Assembly: GCF_037042905.1 (NCBI RefSeq)
Contig: NC_087252.1
Span: 21,764,001 to 21,828,000 of the forward strand
Length of the DNA: 64,000 nt
Direction of reading: 5' to 3'
Source of the DNA: Lytechinus pictus
Taxonomy: Eukaryota
Part shown: positions 51,014 through 62,660 of the stretch, one piece after another
How the letters are laid out: each line of letters starts with the position of its first letter
How positions within the stretch are numbered: the stretch's first letter is position 1
Position numbers and translations under genes: made by a program
The notes under the pieces: model-generated
Told to the model about the DNA's origin: nothing
The model's database searches: none
The model's input: only the letters and a program-made list of their open reading frames with translations

Positions 51014-54000
51014 ATCAAGGTCTTTTTGCTGTGGGAAGGGCATTAGGCTGCAGAGCCTTGATCCCTGTGCAAAACGTCAAAGAGGCTACAAAATGTTTCA
51101 CCTCCTCGCCTAACACCCTAGGTTATCATCTCCCTTTAAACATTCAGAACCACATTGAGCTTGTAATTGACTTGTAGGAAAAGGTACTGTTGCACGTCCG
51201 CCCATCCTTTATTAGTACCCTCAGCGGCTCGCGTTGCCCTGCGCCGCGCCCCTAAAGTTCACTCTCGCAGCGCTGCCGTGTTTGTAATAGCTCGTTTAAT
51301 TTCTTCTACGGTTTTGGCGATTTGTTACCGCCGGTTGGGCCACCTGGCCAGCTGAATATGGGATGGTTGCGAGGCGAGCTGGCGCGGCGCGGTCTGCCCT
51401 GCGGATCGGGTTTTCCAAGCTAATTGAGGACTCTACACATTCCTTGACATAGTCTGCCTCTCTCTGTCTCTCTTTGTGTCTTTCTGTCTCTCTCTGTTTC
51501 TATTTGTCTCTCTCTCTCTACCTGCCTGTGTTTATCTCTCTGTATATCTCTTCCTTTCTTCTTTCTATGTAATACACTCTCTTCTCTTTCTATTTATCTC
51601 TCTATTTTTCTCACTTGCTCTCTCTTTCTCCCTCCCTCTCTAAGTCTAATTTTCTCTTGTACCTCATTCAACTGCCTCTTCATCTCACTCTGGTTCTCTC
51701 TTTCTCTACCTTGCTATTATTTCTGTCTCTGTCAATGTTATTAATGTTATAATTTTTCTCAAAGGATTTCTTTATTTTGTTTTTCCTTTCCATTTTCAAT
51801 CAAGCCCCCTTCCGGTGGACTCATCTTTACTTTTTAATCTCCTTCTCTTTGTCTTTCTCTCTGTTATTCTATAATTTACTACCCTTTTTTGCCCTTTACA
51901 ATTGATATATGTATTTCAATTCAGTATTTCCCCATCCATTAGCCTATATGGCAAAGCTGTTTTATTTTCATTAGTATACATTGCTATTCTACATATTCTG
52001 TTTCTTGTCTGTAGATACCCAACACACCAATATATTTTTATTATTAAATCATGATAGAACACAATGACACTCAATGACGTCTTTTTCCAATACAATTACA
52101 CTCTCGACTTGAAAATGACTTTAAAAATACAAAGACCCACCCTTTCTATGGGAACCACGAAAATGGGGTCGATTCTATTAGCATTCCCAAGTTGGTAAAC
52201 AGCTGATGCTAGTGTTCATCATATCATGAATAAACACACATTTATGAAACCTGGAAAATATCAATTTTTCATTGTAAATGAAAATTGTGTATATGTGTTC
52301 CTCTTTTTGTCTGTATACATCAAAAATTTGATGAAATGTTTATATATTCTCATAATAGTCAAAGGAACATATTGTCTTTGTGATCTGGTAAAACTATAAA
52401 TTCTAAGCCCCTCCTTGTCCTACCCCGATTTTGGCTCCCCTTTCTAGTCCTTATCGACCCCTTGCTTATCTGTCCCTACAGAAAGCCCAAATAATTCATA
52501 GCTTTACATTATTTTGTCTTTATACCTCCAATCTTTTTTAAATTTGACATTCATTTAAAATCAAGTTGCATATTTATGTGCATATCACTGCCCAACTAGG
52601 CAAGTGCCTCTTAGACACTCCCCATGTTGAAAATACCTAATAAGTAATAGCAATTTATATTTCCTTGTAACGCAATTCCCCTGCCTCTTTCCTCTTCAAA
52701 ATGACCATACTTAAGCCTCTCAGCATTGTTTAGTAACAAAATATTGTCGAGAGTATGTCAGATCGCCTGCCGCCAGCTCTGCCAGGCAATCAACAAGCCA
52801 TCGCAAACTTGTCGGACTGTCGAACTAATAATTACGGCTCTAAACTCTGCGATTAGCCGGAGCTTATTGGAGTTTATTGGGATTTGATTAAACGGTGCGC
52901 GACACTGCCCTCTGTGAACTGGGAGAGCAACGACTGAAACAAAATCTCCAAGATTTTCCTGAGCTAAGGTTTCGTGGAGCCCAGTTGGTTCAGACGACTT
53001 TTAATGAAAATGGATTTACTTGAATACATGTGTAATGAGCTTCTATTTTATTAGGTTTTTTCAATAATATTATTCAAGATGCCGTGAAATCACCATTTTA
53101 CTCAAGAAATTCCAAGTCTTTGATACATAACATAATGTTGCTAAGATACATGAATGCAGCACTTAGTATATAATCTTTGGAAGAATGATGAGTTTTTACC
53201 CTGTATTGAGTGAGAATTCTGATTGTATTATTTTCATGATCCGACATGATCGTTCCTGTTTTAATTTCATACCTTTAAATTATTAGGTGTAAACAAGACC
53301 AAGAAGAATCACTAATATCTGAATATATTCTAAACCTTTCTCACAGCCATGCCCTTGTAAAATTACATAAGCGGTAATTCAATAGTAATTATTATACATT
53401 ATCCCCCATAACAACCCTCGTTCACGACTTATACAATGAAAAAAATCTTAAAATATGAGAATAAAATGTTAAACAATTTAGTAGTTTTATCAATAAAGAA
53501 GTTTGTCTAACCAAAATGTAAGGATTATAGATTACCCCTACCCATAACAACCCATCTTCAATACTTCTATTTGGACAAACAAAATAAATGACAAGAATTA
53601 GATGTTAAACAATAATAGTTTTATTGATACAGGAGACTTCCAAATCAATAAATTGAAATGGAACGAATTTCTTCCATCCCTGACCAAATTGTTGATGTAC
53701 TCTCCGTGAGCGTTTGGACGATTCTGGCCTAATTTTAGCGGAGTTGATAAATATGCGAGACAGATATTCAAATCTCCAGTGACTCCTAAATCGCGATGTA
53801 TTTAGGGAAAAGGAAGAGAAATGTTTTTGGGGGTTGAGTGTTGACACTGCTGGAGGTAGATGGACACTTGTGAATGCTCAAACAGGCTGGCATAAGGCTC
53901 GTCGGATAAAGTTGCGCCTTGTCTGTCACCCGCGATCAATCCGGTGGAATCGATCGCGAGGGATCGGCTGTCGGATTCCGGGAGATGTCCCGAGTCCCCT

Positions 54001-55571
54001 CCTTGTTATTATGAAGCCAATAAAACGAGTGGTGAGAGAGGGAGGGAGGGAAGGTTTGCTGGATTGATGGAAGGATGGATGTGGGTGGATGGATAGAGGA
54101 ATGGATGCATGGATGAACAAGTGGTAGGATGAAAAACATGGAGAATTTATTGTAATTTATTTACCTATCTTTCTTTTCCTCTTTTCCATCGATTGTTCTT
54201 TCTCTTTGTCCATCTGTCTATCATTTTCTGTTTCCAAATAATTCAAACATTATTTTACTCATATTTTCTTGTGTTTCTTCCTGTTTTTCTATTATAGTCT
54301 CTTTCTCTCTCTCTCTGTCTTTGTTTCTCCATTGATCAATTCATCTATTGTCCCCTTTCTACATCTATATTTTTGTCTTTATCTTTATCTTTCTTCCTCT
54401 CTCCATTTTCTCCCTCTCCCTCTCAGCTACCTGAAACCATCATGCCTCTATCTCTCTTAACCTGACAACGAAATTGTTTAGGAAATCTTCTTGTCAGACG
54501 GTGCATGCCTATATCAAAATTTACACCAACCGTCATCAGGATGTCGCCTCCAAAATTGATTGCTATTTTAGGATAGACTTCCCATTCTTCATATTTCATA
54601 CTTTCCGCTCGCACCTCGAAAACTACCAACTTCTCTCGCTATAGAAAATGGCATGTTCATGGTGTAGATAGTTATAGAAATTGAGATAGAAATGAAATGA
54701 TAGAAGTGGGAGAAAGTGTTGTAGTCTTGTTGTCCCTGGGATCATTTGTACGTCATCGAAGATTGAGGGAGGAGGGTGTTTGGGAATTTTAAAGAGCGAA
54801 ATGAAATGGGATATTGTATTTTATTTCTTTGATGGATTAGAGCCGAATAATGCGGTGAATAATGAATTTGGAGAACAGGAACCGTGGGATCGGATTTACA
54901 AGTAAACAAAAGCAAGAATGGGGGCAGAGTATGTAATGATTAAATGGGAAATACGGATGGGAAGTCGTTACGATTTGTATGGTGGCGGCGACATGAAGTG
55001 AGGTAGTAGAAGTAGAAGATGGAGAATGAAGAGGAAATAAATGAGACAAGATTGATCTGGATGAGAAGAGGAGAGGAACGGAAGGGGAGAGAACAAGGGA
55101 AAACGAGTCAATTGAAATAAAGAGAAAACAGAAAAGAGAAAGCAGAGACTGGCAGAAAAATTACAAAAAAGTCTATGAGTAGAAAAATTCTGGGGCTCTT
55201 GATAGAATACTCAGTGCTTTGACTGTACTGTTGATTTGAAGGATAATTTGTTCTTTCAGAATTATTTCTAACCAGCCCAAAAGTTGGTTTGAAAAGTACG
55301 AGCCGACCAACTGTTGGTTTAAAAAATATATCACAATTCATATTTGCATACAGTTTTGTTGACCAAAACTTACTAGGTTCATATTCGAACCAATAATTTA
55401 TGAGAGTGATATAAAGTTAATTTCTGTTTGATTGGAATATTCTGTGAATAAAAAATATTGTTTATCTGAATATAAGGGTTAATGTCACATGATATGATAT
55501 TGCATATGTGCAAGCTGTAGTACATGAACTAAATTGATGATGAAATTTCTTTTATTTTGTCTTTTATACAG

Positions 55572-55762
55572 ATTTAAGAGGAGACTTCCGCCAAGAACCG
55601 AGCGACACCATGGCTCTGCTAGGGGAGGCGGTGGTCCTGGAATGTTCTCCTCCCCGCGGGCACCCGGAACCGGAGGTGACGTGGGAGAGGAACGGACAAA
55701 CGGTGGTGGAAGATGGAGTCAGAGTGAGAATACTGACGGATGGGAACCTAGTCATATCACAG
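55572..55762 (+). CDS. robo: Robo exon, first part of Ig2 (YLRGDFRQEPSDTMALLGEAVVLECSPPRGHPEPEVTWERNGQTVVEDGVRVRILTDGNLVISQ)
   Basis: Acceptor ttttgtcttttatacag and donor GTAATT at 55763. The phase 1 join T|AT gives Tyr. LRxDFR..P and ECxPPRGHPEP are diagnostic of Robo Ig2. Confidence 0.95.
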
Positions 55763-55771
55763 GTAATTTTT

Positions 55772-56260
55772 ATGATGGTGGTGGAAGTGGTGGTAATGAT
55801 GATGGTGGTGGTGGTGCTGATGGTGATGATGATGATAATGGTGATTGTGATGATGATAATGGTGATTGTGATGATGATGGTGGTGGTGGTGGTGATGGTG
55901 TTGGTGGTTGTGGTGGTGGTGATGGCGATAGTGGTGGTAGTCATGGTGGTTGTGGTGGTGGTGGTGGGGATGATGGTGATTGTTATGATGGTGATGGTGG
56001 TGGTGATAGTGGTGTCAATGGTGGTAGTGGTGGTAATGATGGTGTTGATGGTGGTGGCATTAGTGGTAGTGGTGATGCAGATGGTGGTAATGATGATAGT
56101 GATGGTTATGGCGGTGACATTGGTGGTGGTTGTAGTGGTAGTGGGGTGATGGTGACGGTGGTAGTGGTGGAGTGATAATGATGAATATGGTGGTGGAAAT
56201 GGTGGTATTATTGTTGTTAGGATCATGATGCATAGCTATAATGACGGTGCTGATGGTTTT
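55772..56260 (+). repeat. (GGT/GAT)n microsatellite filling most of the 580-bp intron
   Basis: Direct reading. Confidence 0.95.
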
Positions 56261-56342
56261 GATTATGCTTTTTTTAGTTGAGCCTGTAAGAATAATTGTT
56301 CTTATGTTCCTGTATTTTCTCTTCCTGTATTTTCTCTTCCAG

Positions 56343-56433
56343 CCTAAATCAAGTGACATCGGAAACTATGTTTGTGTCGCTACCAACTCAGAGGGGACAA
56401 AACGAAGTGCTCCTGGCCGATTAATAATTAACT
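56343..56433 (+). CDS. robo: Robo exon, end of Ig2 (PKSSDIGNYVCVATNSEGTKRSAPGRLIIN)
   Basis: Acceptor ttttctcttccag, donor GTAAGT at 56434, 91 nt (phase 0 to 1), DxGxYxC motif. Confidence 0.93.
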
Positions 56434-56938
56434 GTAAGTTATTTCAAAATTAGAATTTTAGTATTTATATGTATTGCCTTCCAAAAACTCAATCTAGAGT
56501 TTTCAAAGAGCTAAATTGAATTTATCATTCAGTTTTCGGCAAGCCTATTATGTTAAGCAATCAGGTAAAAAATCACCATTTACCAAGTTACAATTCACCA
56601 TTTATTTGTCAGTTTTTTGTCAATATCATTTCCAAATCACTGAAATACTTTTCAAAGTAAAACATGTTAATTCAATGTCAAATAGTAATTATCATAGAAA
56701 AAGAATATGTGAAAATTACATGCCAAAATCAATTCCAAGTCTTGCTGTTAATTGCAAATTTACTATCGATCACTGGACTGTTTTTTGCATCAACAAGAAT
56801 AAATTGATTTGCTATATTCAAAATTGATCAATCACTGGTAAATTTGCAACTGAATTATACATTTTATTGCAAATATTTGTTTGCAACACCCCCCTAAGTT
56901 TATATTTAATCCTGGAATTTCCATCTTATCCTATGCAG

Positions 56939-57077
56939 CTCGCCCGGCTTTCACGGAGGTTCCTTTCGACACCCTGGCCATCCCGGGAGAGACCATCACC
57001 CTCCCCTGCGTGGCGGAGGGGGAGCCGACGCCCACCATCAGATGGGAGAAGAAAGATGGCGTTCTGCCGGTCAATAG
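56939..57077 (+). CDS. robo: Robo exon, first half of Ig3 (SRPAFTEVPFDTLAIPGETITLPCVAEGEPTPTIRWEKKDGVLPVNR)
   Basis: Acceptor atcctatgcag, donor GTAAGC at 57078, 139 nt (phase 1 to 2), Ig B-strand Cys and C-strand Trp. Confidence 0.93.
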
Positions 57078-58230
57078 GTAAGCTACACATTATAAAGATT
57101 TTAAGATCAATTCCAGTTGTGGTAATGATTTCAAAATGAGATTGTGCGGAATCCAATAAATGGACCACCAAAGCGTCTGTATGTATAGATGAAGTAATAT
57201 GTGCCAAAAGATTTTGGAATAAATTCTGTTCTTGCTGAGGAATTAGAAAAATTAGTTTGGCTTTCCAGATTTTGGGTTTCTTTTTTTCAATAAACAATAA
57301 TATACTGCCCCACATGTGATTATTTGTACTGGTGTTCTATTTGCAGTCCAAGTTCAGGTTTTTTATCTGTTCAGTCCAAAACATAGTTGCGTCCATCCTA
57401 GTCTTCATTTTTTAGTAAGGTAGTTTTCATTTATTAGTAAGGTACTTTTGCACATCTTCTCGTCCTTTGTTAGTAACCCCAGCATCTTGGGTTGCATTGC
57501 TAACTTTATGGATTGTATGCATAGCACAAAAATTTGATTAATAATAGTAAATGTTTTCATGAATTTGACAATATTGTGCTATCTCATCCCTTAGCCACAT
57601 CGTTCCACAAATTACACAGAACAAAGCCCAGGCTTTATAGCCTTGCTCGGAGATGTATACTGAACATATGGCATTGTTAATGCGATTAGAAAAAGTGTTA
57701 ATTTCTTCATCTCCTTGTTTACAATAGAAGGTTGAGTGATAGGGTGGAATTCCTCAGACAATCGGGGTTTCCTGAATGGAGGAGTTCTGATGAATCATCC
57801 GTGATTTTCAGGTTTATTTTGCCAAAGATGTAGTTACCAAAATTTCATAGTTGTGTGCTTAATTAAGTTCCAAAATGAATATACATCTTACTGTTTATGA
57901 CCTGGTAATAGATACAAAGCATTTGAAGGGAAGGGGCATTTTTACCTTGTTTTTCTTTATAATGTCTGGTTATTATTAAGTCAAACTGCATTTCTATGTT
58001 GTTTAAAAAAAGATGTGGATAAAACTTTGATTTAACAGCTCTTTGTTCTCCAGTAGAAGATATAAATTATTTGAAATTTTAGAATTCTAATAATTTTCCA
58101 TTTTACTCCAATTATTTGATTAGTTGTCAGATAATGCAATGAATAAATTGCAAGATTTTGTTAAGAATTATAGAATTGAGAGAGAGAGAGAGAAAAAAAC
58201 TAACCTCTTGAATTCTTATTTGCCCATCAG

Positions 58231-58358
58231 GCACACCATATTGCTGGACAACTCATTGAAGATCACCAATGCAGAGGCAAGCGATTCAGGAACGTATGTT
58301 TGCAGCGCCCAGAACACTTGGGGAGATAAGAGTGTGGACGTGATCGTCACCATCAGCT
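58231..58358 (+). CDS. robo: Robo exon, second half of Ig3 (RHTILLDNSLKITNAEASDSGTYVCSAQNTWGDKSVDVIVTIS)
   Basis: Acceptor ttatttgcccatcag, donor GTAAGT at 58359, 128 nt (phase 2 to 1). The AG|G join gives Arg. DSGTYVC motif. Confidence 0.93.
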
Positions 58359-58415
58359 GTAAGTTCCAAGATGTATTTGTTGCCATGGTTTAGGATTGGA
58401 TGCTTTAGTTAAAAA

Positions 58416-58752
58416 ATGATGTGATGGTGATAATGATGGTGGTGGTGATGATGCTGATGATGATGATGGTGATGATGATGACGATGGTGGTTGTGATGAT
58501 GATGGTGATGGTGATGATGGTGGTGGTGGTGATGATGATTATGATGGTGATGATGATGGCGGTGGTGGTGATGATGATGATGATGTTGATGATGGTGATG
58601 ATGGTGGTGACGATGATGATGATGATGATGATAATGATGATGATGATGATGATGGTGGTGGTGATGATGATTATGATGATGATGAATTATGATGTTGATG
58701 ATGATGTTGATGATGATGATGATGACGATGATGATGATGACGATGATGATGG
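58416..58752 (+). repeat. (GAT/GGT)n microsatellite
   Basis: Direct reading. Confidence 0.95.
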
Positions 58753-60294
58753 CTATGTGTTATGAATATTCACTCTTAAACCAAACCCTTTCCATAACTA
58801 TTAATAACAAAGAGAATAGATTATCCTGTAATTTTATTTGTAACTAAGATGAATTAAAAAAGTTTGGAGAAGAAAAGTCCCTGATTTGTAACTTGTAAAT
58901 CATAATTATTGCGGTATGTTTATCATGCAAGTGGGCCTATATTATAAGACTACACAAACGAGAATTGGGTTATGAACATGGCCAGATTCAAGTAGTTGAG
59001 GACTGAAGGTGGCGCTATTGAGGTTTGCTGGTTCGTATCTGGCTTTAAGCATCAACATGATGAGATATCTGCTTGTAGTTATCTAAAGTAGATCTGAACT
59101 TATTCCAATTGGGAACCAAGCTTTTGCAATCATTCTTCTTGAACAATAAATCTAGAAATTGTTAACGAAATACACAGAGTGTCTCCTCGGATGAGAAAGT
59201 CAAGACATTCCACTGCTTTATCTCCAGTGAAAATCTGTCTGCTTCCGAAACATTGACAATGTTGCCCGGTGTTTTGCTACAAATGTAGCCAGGATCGCCC
59301 CAGGATATTCTCCCGCAATTAAGATCATTTCATTGTGGTCGGGCTCTGTCAGGACACTGCTACAGAGCTTACCGCATCCTTGACACGCTCGTCCCATTCG
59401 CTGAGCTGCAAATTGACCACGCCGAGACTCGGTTAAAGGGGGGGGGGGTGAATCACGGGCAGTTGTCGGTTTCCGATCTGACCTTGAGGTCGGGCGCCGT
59501 CCATCATTGAGATTCGTATCGGGAGTAATCGACACAGGAAGAGCTGGTCGTTGGATTCAATTTACAGCTTATCGCAAATCGATATCGGATTTGATCTGCA
59601 TTTAAAGGGATTAGCGAGCTTGTAAAGGGATTCTAAAATGTTTATGGTGTTGCGATATGTACATTAGAGTTGATTGAAGTGGCATTCGTAAATCCATCTC
59701 TAAGAGCAATTACATATACTGTATGATGTGCAAAGTATAGTTTCCATTGATGATAAAGATGCAAGTTGTCATTGAAATTATTATTTAGTTATTAATTAAA
59801 ACCCTGGAATTCTATTAAAGATTAAATGGTCACTTCCAGCTTGGGCACTCAACAGAGTGGATTTGGCGCTTTACAAGTCACATTATTATTGTTATTATTA
59901 TTATTATTATTATTACTATCACTTAAAATCTAAATTTAAATTTGTTTGGTTCTTGCAGGGTTTGGAAATATCTGTTAAATTGGAGATTTAGGTCAAGTTA
60001 TTCAAATATTCATATTTACCATCTGAATATGAATGATTGCAGAGACAAGGAAAATTATTGCAGGACTGGGAGTTACAGGATAAAATGCTGATTTTTTAAA
60101 GATTATCCTATATTACAGCTTTAAAGGGATGATGAAATTAGAAGAGTTGAGGGATTTTAAAGTGGCAAGGGTCACATGACAAGATAGTCATCAACTGCCA
60201 TACTTCCCACCTTCTGCGATATCTAGCATCTTTACAAATCTCCAACGTCACTTCAAAATCTTCTCCTTAATCCTCCTTTATCTTGCATCTTTCG

Positions 60295-60830
60295 CTCAAT
60301 CTCATCTTCTCCTCCATTTCATCTACCCCTTCTTTTTCTTCTTCTTTCCTGTTCTTCTTTCCTTATCTTCTTCTTCTCCTTCTTTTCCTTTTTTGTCTTC
60401 TTTGTCTCCTCCTCTTCCTATTTCTTCTTCTTCGTCTTCTCCTTCTTATTCTTATTCTTTTCTTCTTATTATTATTATTATTATTTGTCTTCTCCTTCTT
60501 TTTCTTCTTCTTCTTCTTCTTCTTCTCCTTCTCCTCCTCCTCTTCCTCCTCCTCTGTCTCCTTCTTCTTCCTAATCTCTTCTTCTCTTTCCTACTCTCTT
60601 CTTCTCTTTCTTCATCCTCCTCCTAATTTGTCTTGTTCTTCTTCATCTTCTTCTCCTTCTCCTCCTCCTCTTCCTCCTCCTCTGTCTCCTTCTTCTTCCT
60701 AATCTCTTCTTCTCTTTCCTACTCTCTTCTTCTCTTTCTTCATCCTCCTCCTAATTTGTCTTGTTCTTCTTCATCTTCTTCTACTTCTCCTCCTCCTGGT
60801 CCTTATCCTTCTCTTCTTTTCTTCTTCCTC
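60295..60830 (+). repeat. Polypyrimidine tract containing a 128-bp tandem duplication
   Basis: CTAATCTCTTCTTCTCTTTCCTACTC... occurs at 60571 and again at 60699. Confidence 0.88.
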
Positions 60831-62169
60831 TAACCACCTGACATTTGATACTTCATGCAGTGGATGATTGTTAGGAGATTCAAAGCAGATTTAAATGCGA
60901 TCTCTTCGTTAAGTCTTCACTAAAGCTTGGCCTAGCCCTCCGTGAGCTGGCTAAACGACGAGCCGATCGGGTTTGCAAGAAAAGTGAAATGTTAGTTGAC
61001 AATGAATATTGAGAGCCTGATCTTGATGACATGTGTAACATTATTCGCAGCTTTGTTACATATTGTTTTCCTGAAGTTCTTGGCTGCTAAATCATGTGTC
61101 GGTGAAGTGCATATATTTCCCTTTCTTTTACAAATCCTCACAGAAAATGATACTCTTGAATCCACATACGAAAGTAAAACAAGAATAATCTAGTTTCATG
61201 AATGTATTGCATGTTTTAAAAAATCACGAAAACAGCAATACCTCAAAAAATGTTTGTGCCACTAAGACATTTTTAGCATCAAAGAAATCTTTAAAATGTC
61301 TTGAATGAGATTTCAATCCGAGAAATGACATTTAGATTTAAGTTCCTTTGAAATGCATATTTTTGTACTTTGAAAAAGTTGATTCTACGCTGGAATCGCC
61401 CGCATGTTTTCTCATTTCTTGAAACGAATATCAGATCACCAACAACAACAAAAAAGTCTGAAACTGTGAGAAAGTGTTTGCAAGGACAAGGGCATTTCTC
61501 TGTTTTCTTCTTTAAAAAAAAGCAGATTAGAAAGAAAGGACATTTCTCAGTTTTCTTCTGAAATAGCAGATTACAAACTAACTATTATTGGAGTGTTCGA
61601 AATTCTTCCATTTTCCCAACCACATTGCATTGAAAGTGCTTTCTCCAAAGCTTTTTGTTGGGTATTACATTACGTTAAAACATTATCACAAGACATTAAT
61701 AGCAAAGAGAACAATAACCAGGCAGATAAAAGGAAATAGGGTTTGTACAATAGTCATGCCCAAAGCATTGTTTTTAAGCTACACGATGCGGTTTCGATGT
61801 CTCCGGGAAGAAAACTTTGAAAGTTTTTGGACCAGATTTTTCCCACCTCTGTACCTGGCAAGGATATCGATTGCTTCCCAGCTTTGGAAGTGAAGCCAAA
61901 ATAACATCAATGGTGCAAGCTCTAGGTCCAGTATAACTTTCTTGTTGTTTCTTCTTCTTCGTCTTCTTCTTCTTTTCATTTTTTTTTGGTGGGGGGGGGG
62001 TATTAGGTAACCCAGAATACTCAGATCCATGTCTGTATGAAAGGCAGGAAGTCAAATATAACAAGAAAGAAAAATACCATTAAAAAATTGGATCCCAAAT
62101 TCTAAAACATTATTGCTGTTTTTTTACCAATTTGCTTTCTTTAATGATAACCTTTATGCATGTGTACTG

Positions 62170-62660
62170 CCTCTATCTCTACCATTCTATCCCACCATCC
62201 CCTTCCCTTCTTTCCCTTCCTCTCCCCCTTCACTCCCTCACCCTCCCCTCTTCCTTTCTTCCCCCTTCCCCTCTTATCTTCTCTCCCTCCCCGTTCTTTC
62301 CTCTCTCCCTCCCTCTCTTCCCTTTTCTCTCTCCCCCTCTTCTTTCTTTCTCCCTCTTTCTTTCTTTCCCTCTTCCTCTTCTGTTTTCTTCCTCCCCCTC
62401 TTCCATTCTCTTACTCCCTCTCTCCCCTCTTCATTCCCCCTCTTCCCTCCCCCTCTTACCTTCTATCCCTCCCTGTTCTTCCCTCTTTCCCTCCCATCTC
62501 TTCCCTTTTCTCTCTCTTCCTTCTTTTTATCTCCTTCCTTTCTTTCCCTCCCCCTCCTATTCCCTTCTCTCCCTCTTCCTTTTCCCCTCCCCATATTCCA
62601 TTCTCTCTCTCCCTCCTCCCATCTCCTATTCCCCCACCCTCTTTCTCCATTTCTCTTTCT
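62170..62660 (+). repeat. Long CT-rich polypyrimidine tract
   Basis: Direct reading. Confidence 0.9.

Noticed and set aside
17165..55571. Dscam-like alternative Ig exons, a nested gene or recursive splice sites in the 38.4-kb intron
   Set aside because: No further Ig motifs or credible proteins in the ORF track or by eye. The AG|GT candidates seen (near 19920, 28925, 38323) have weak donors. Very short exons cannot be excluded without RNA-seq.
55534..56226. Long ORFs (213, 220 and 179 aa) rich in Gly/Asp, Thr/Ile or Met/Val
   Set aside because: They come from the GGT/GAT microsatellite. Only 55572-55762 is coding, bounded by splice sites.
59941..59997. Possible microexon after Ig3 (acceptor-like ttcttgcag at 59958)
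   Set aside because: In-frame TAA in the required phase, and no good donor.
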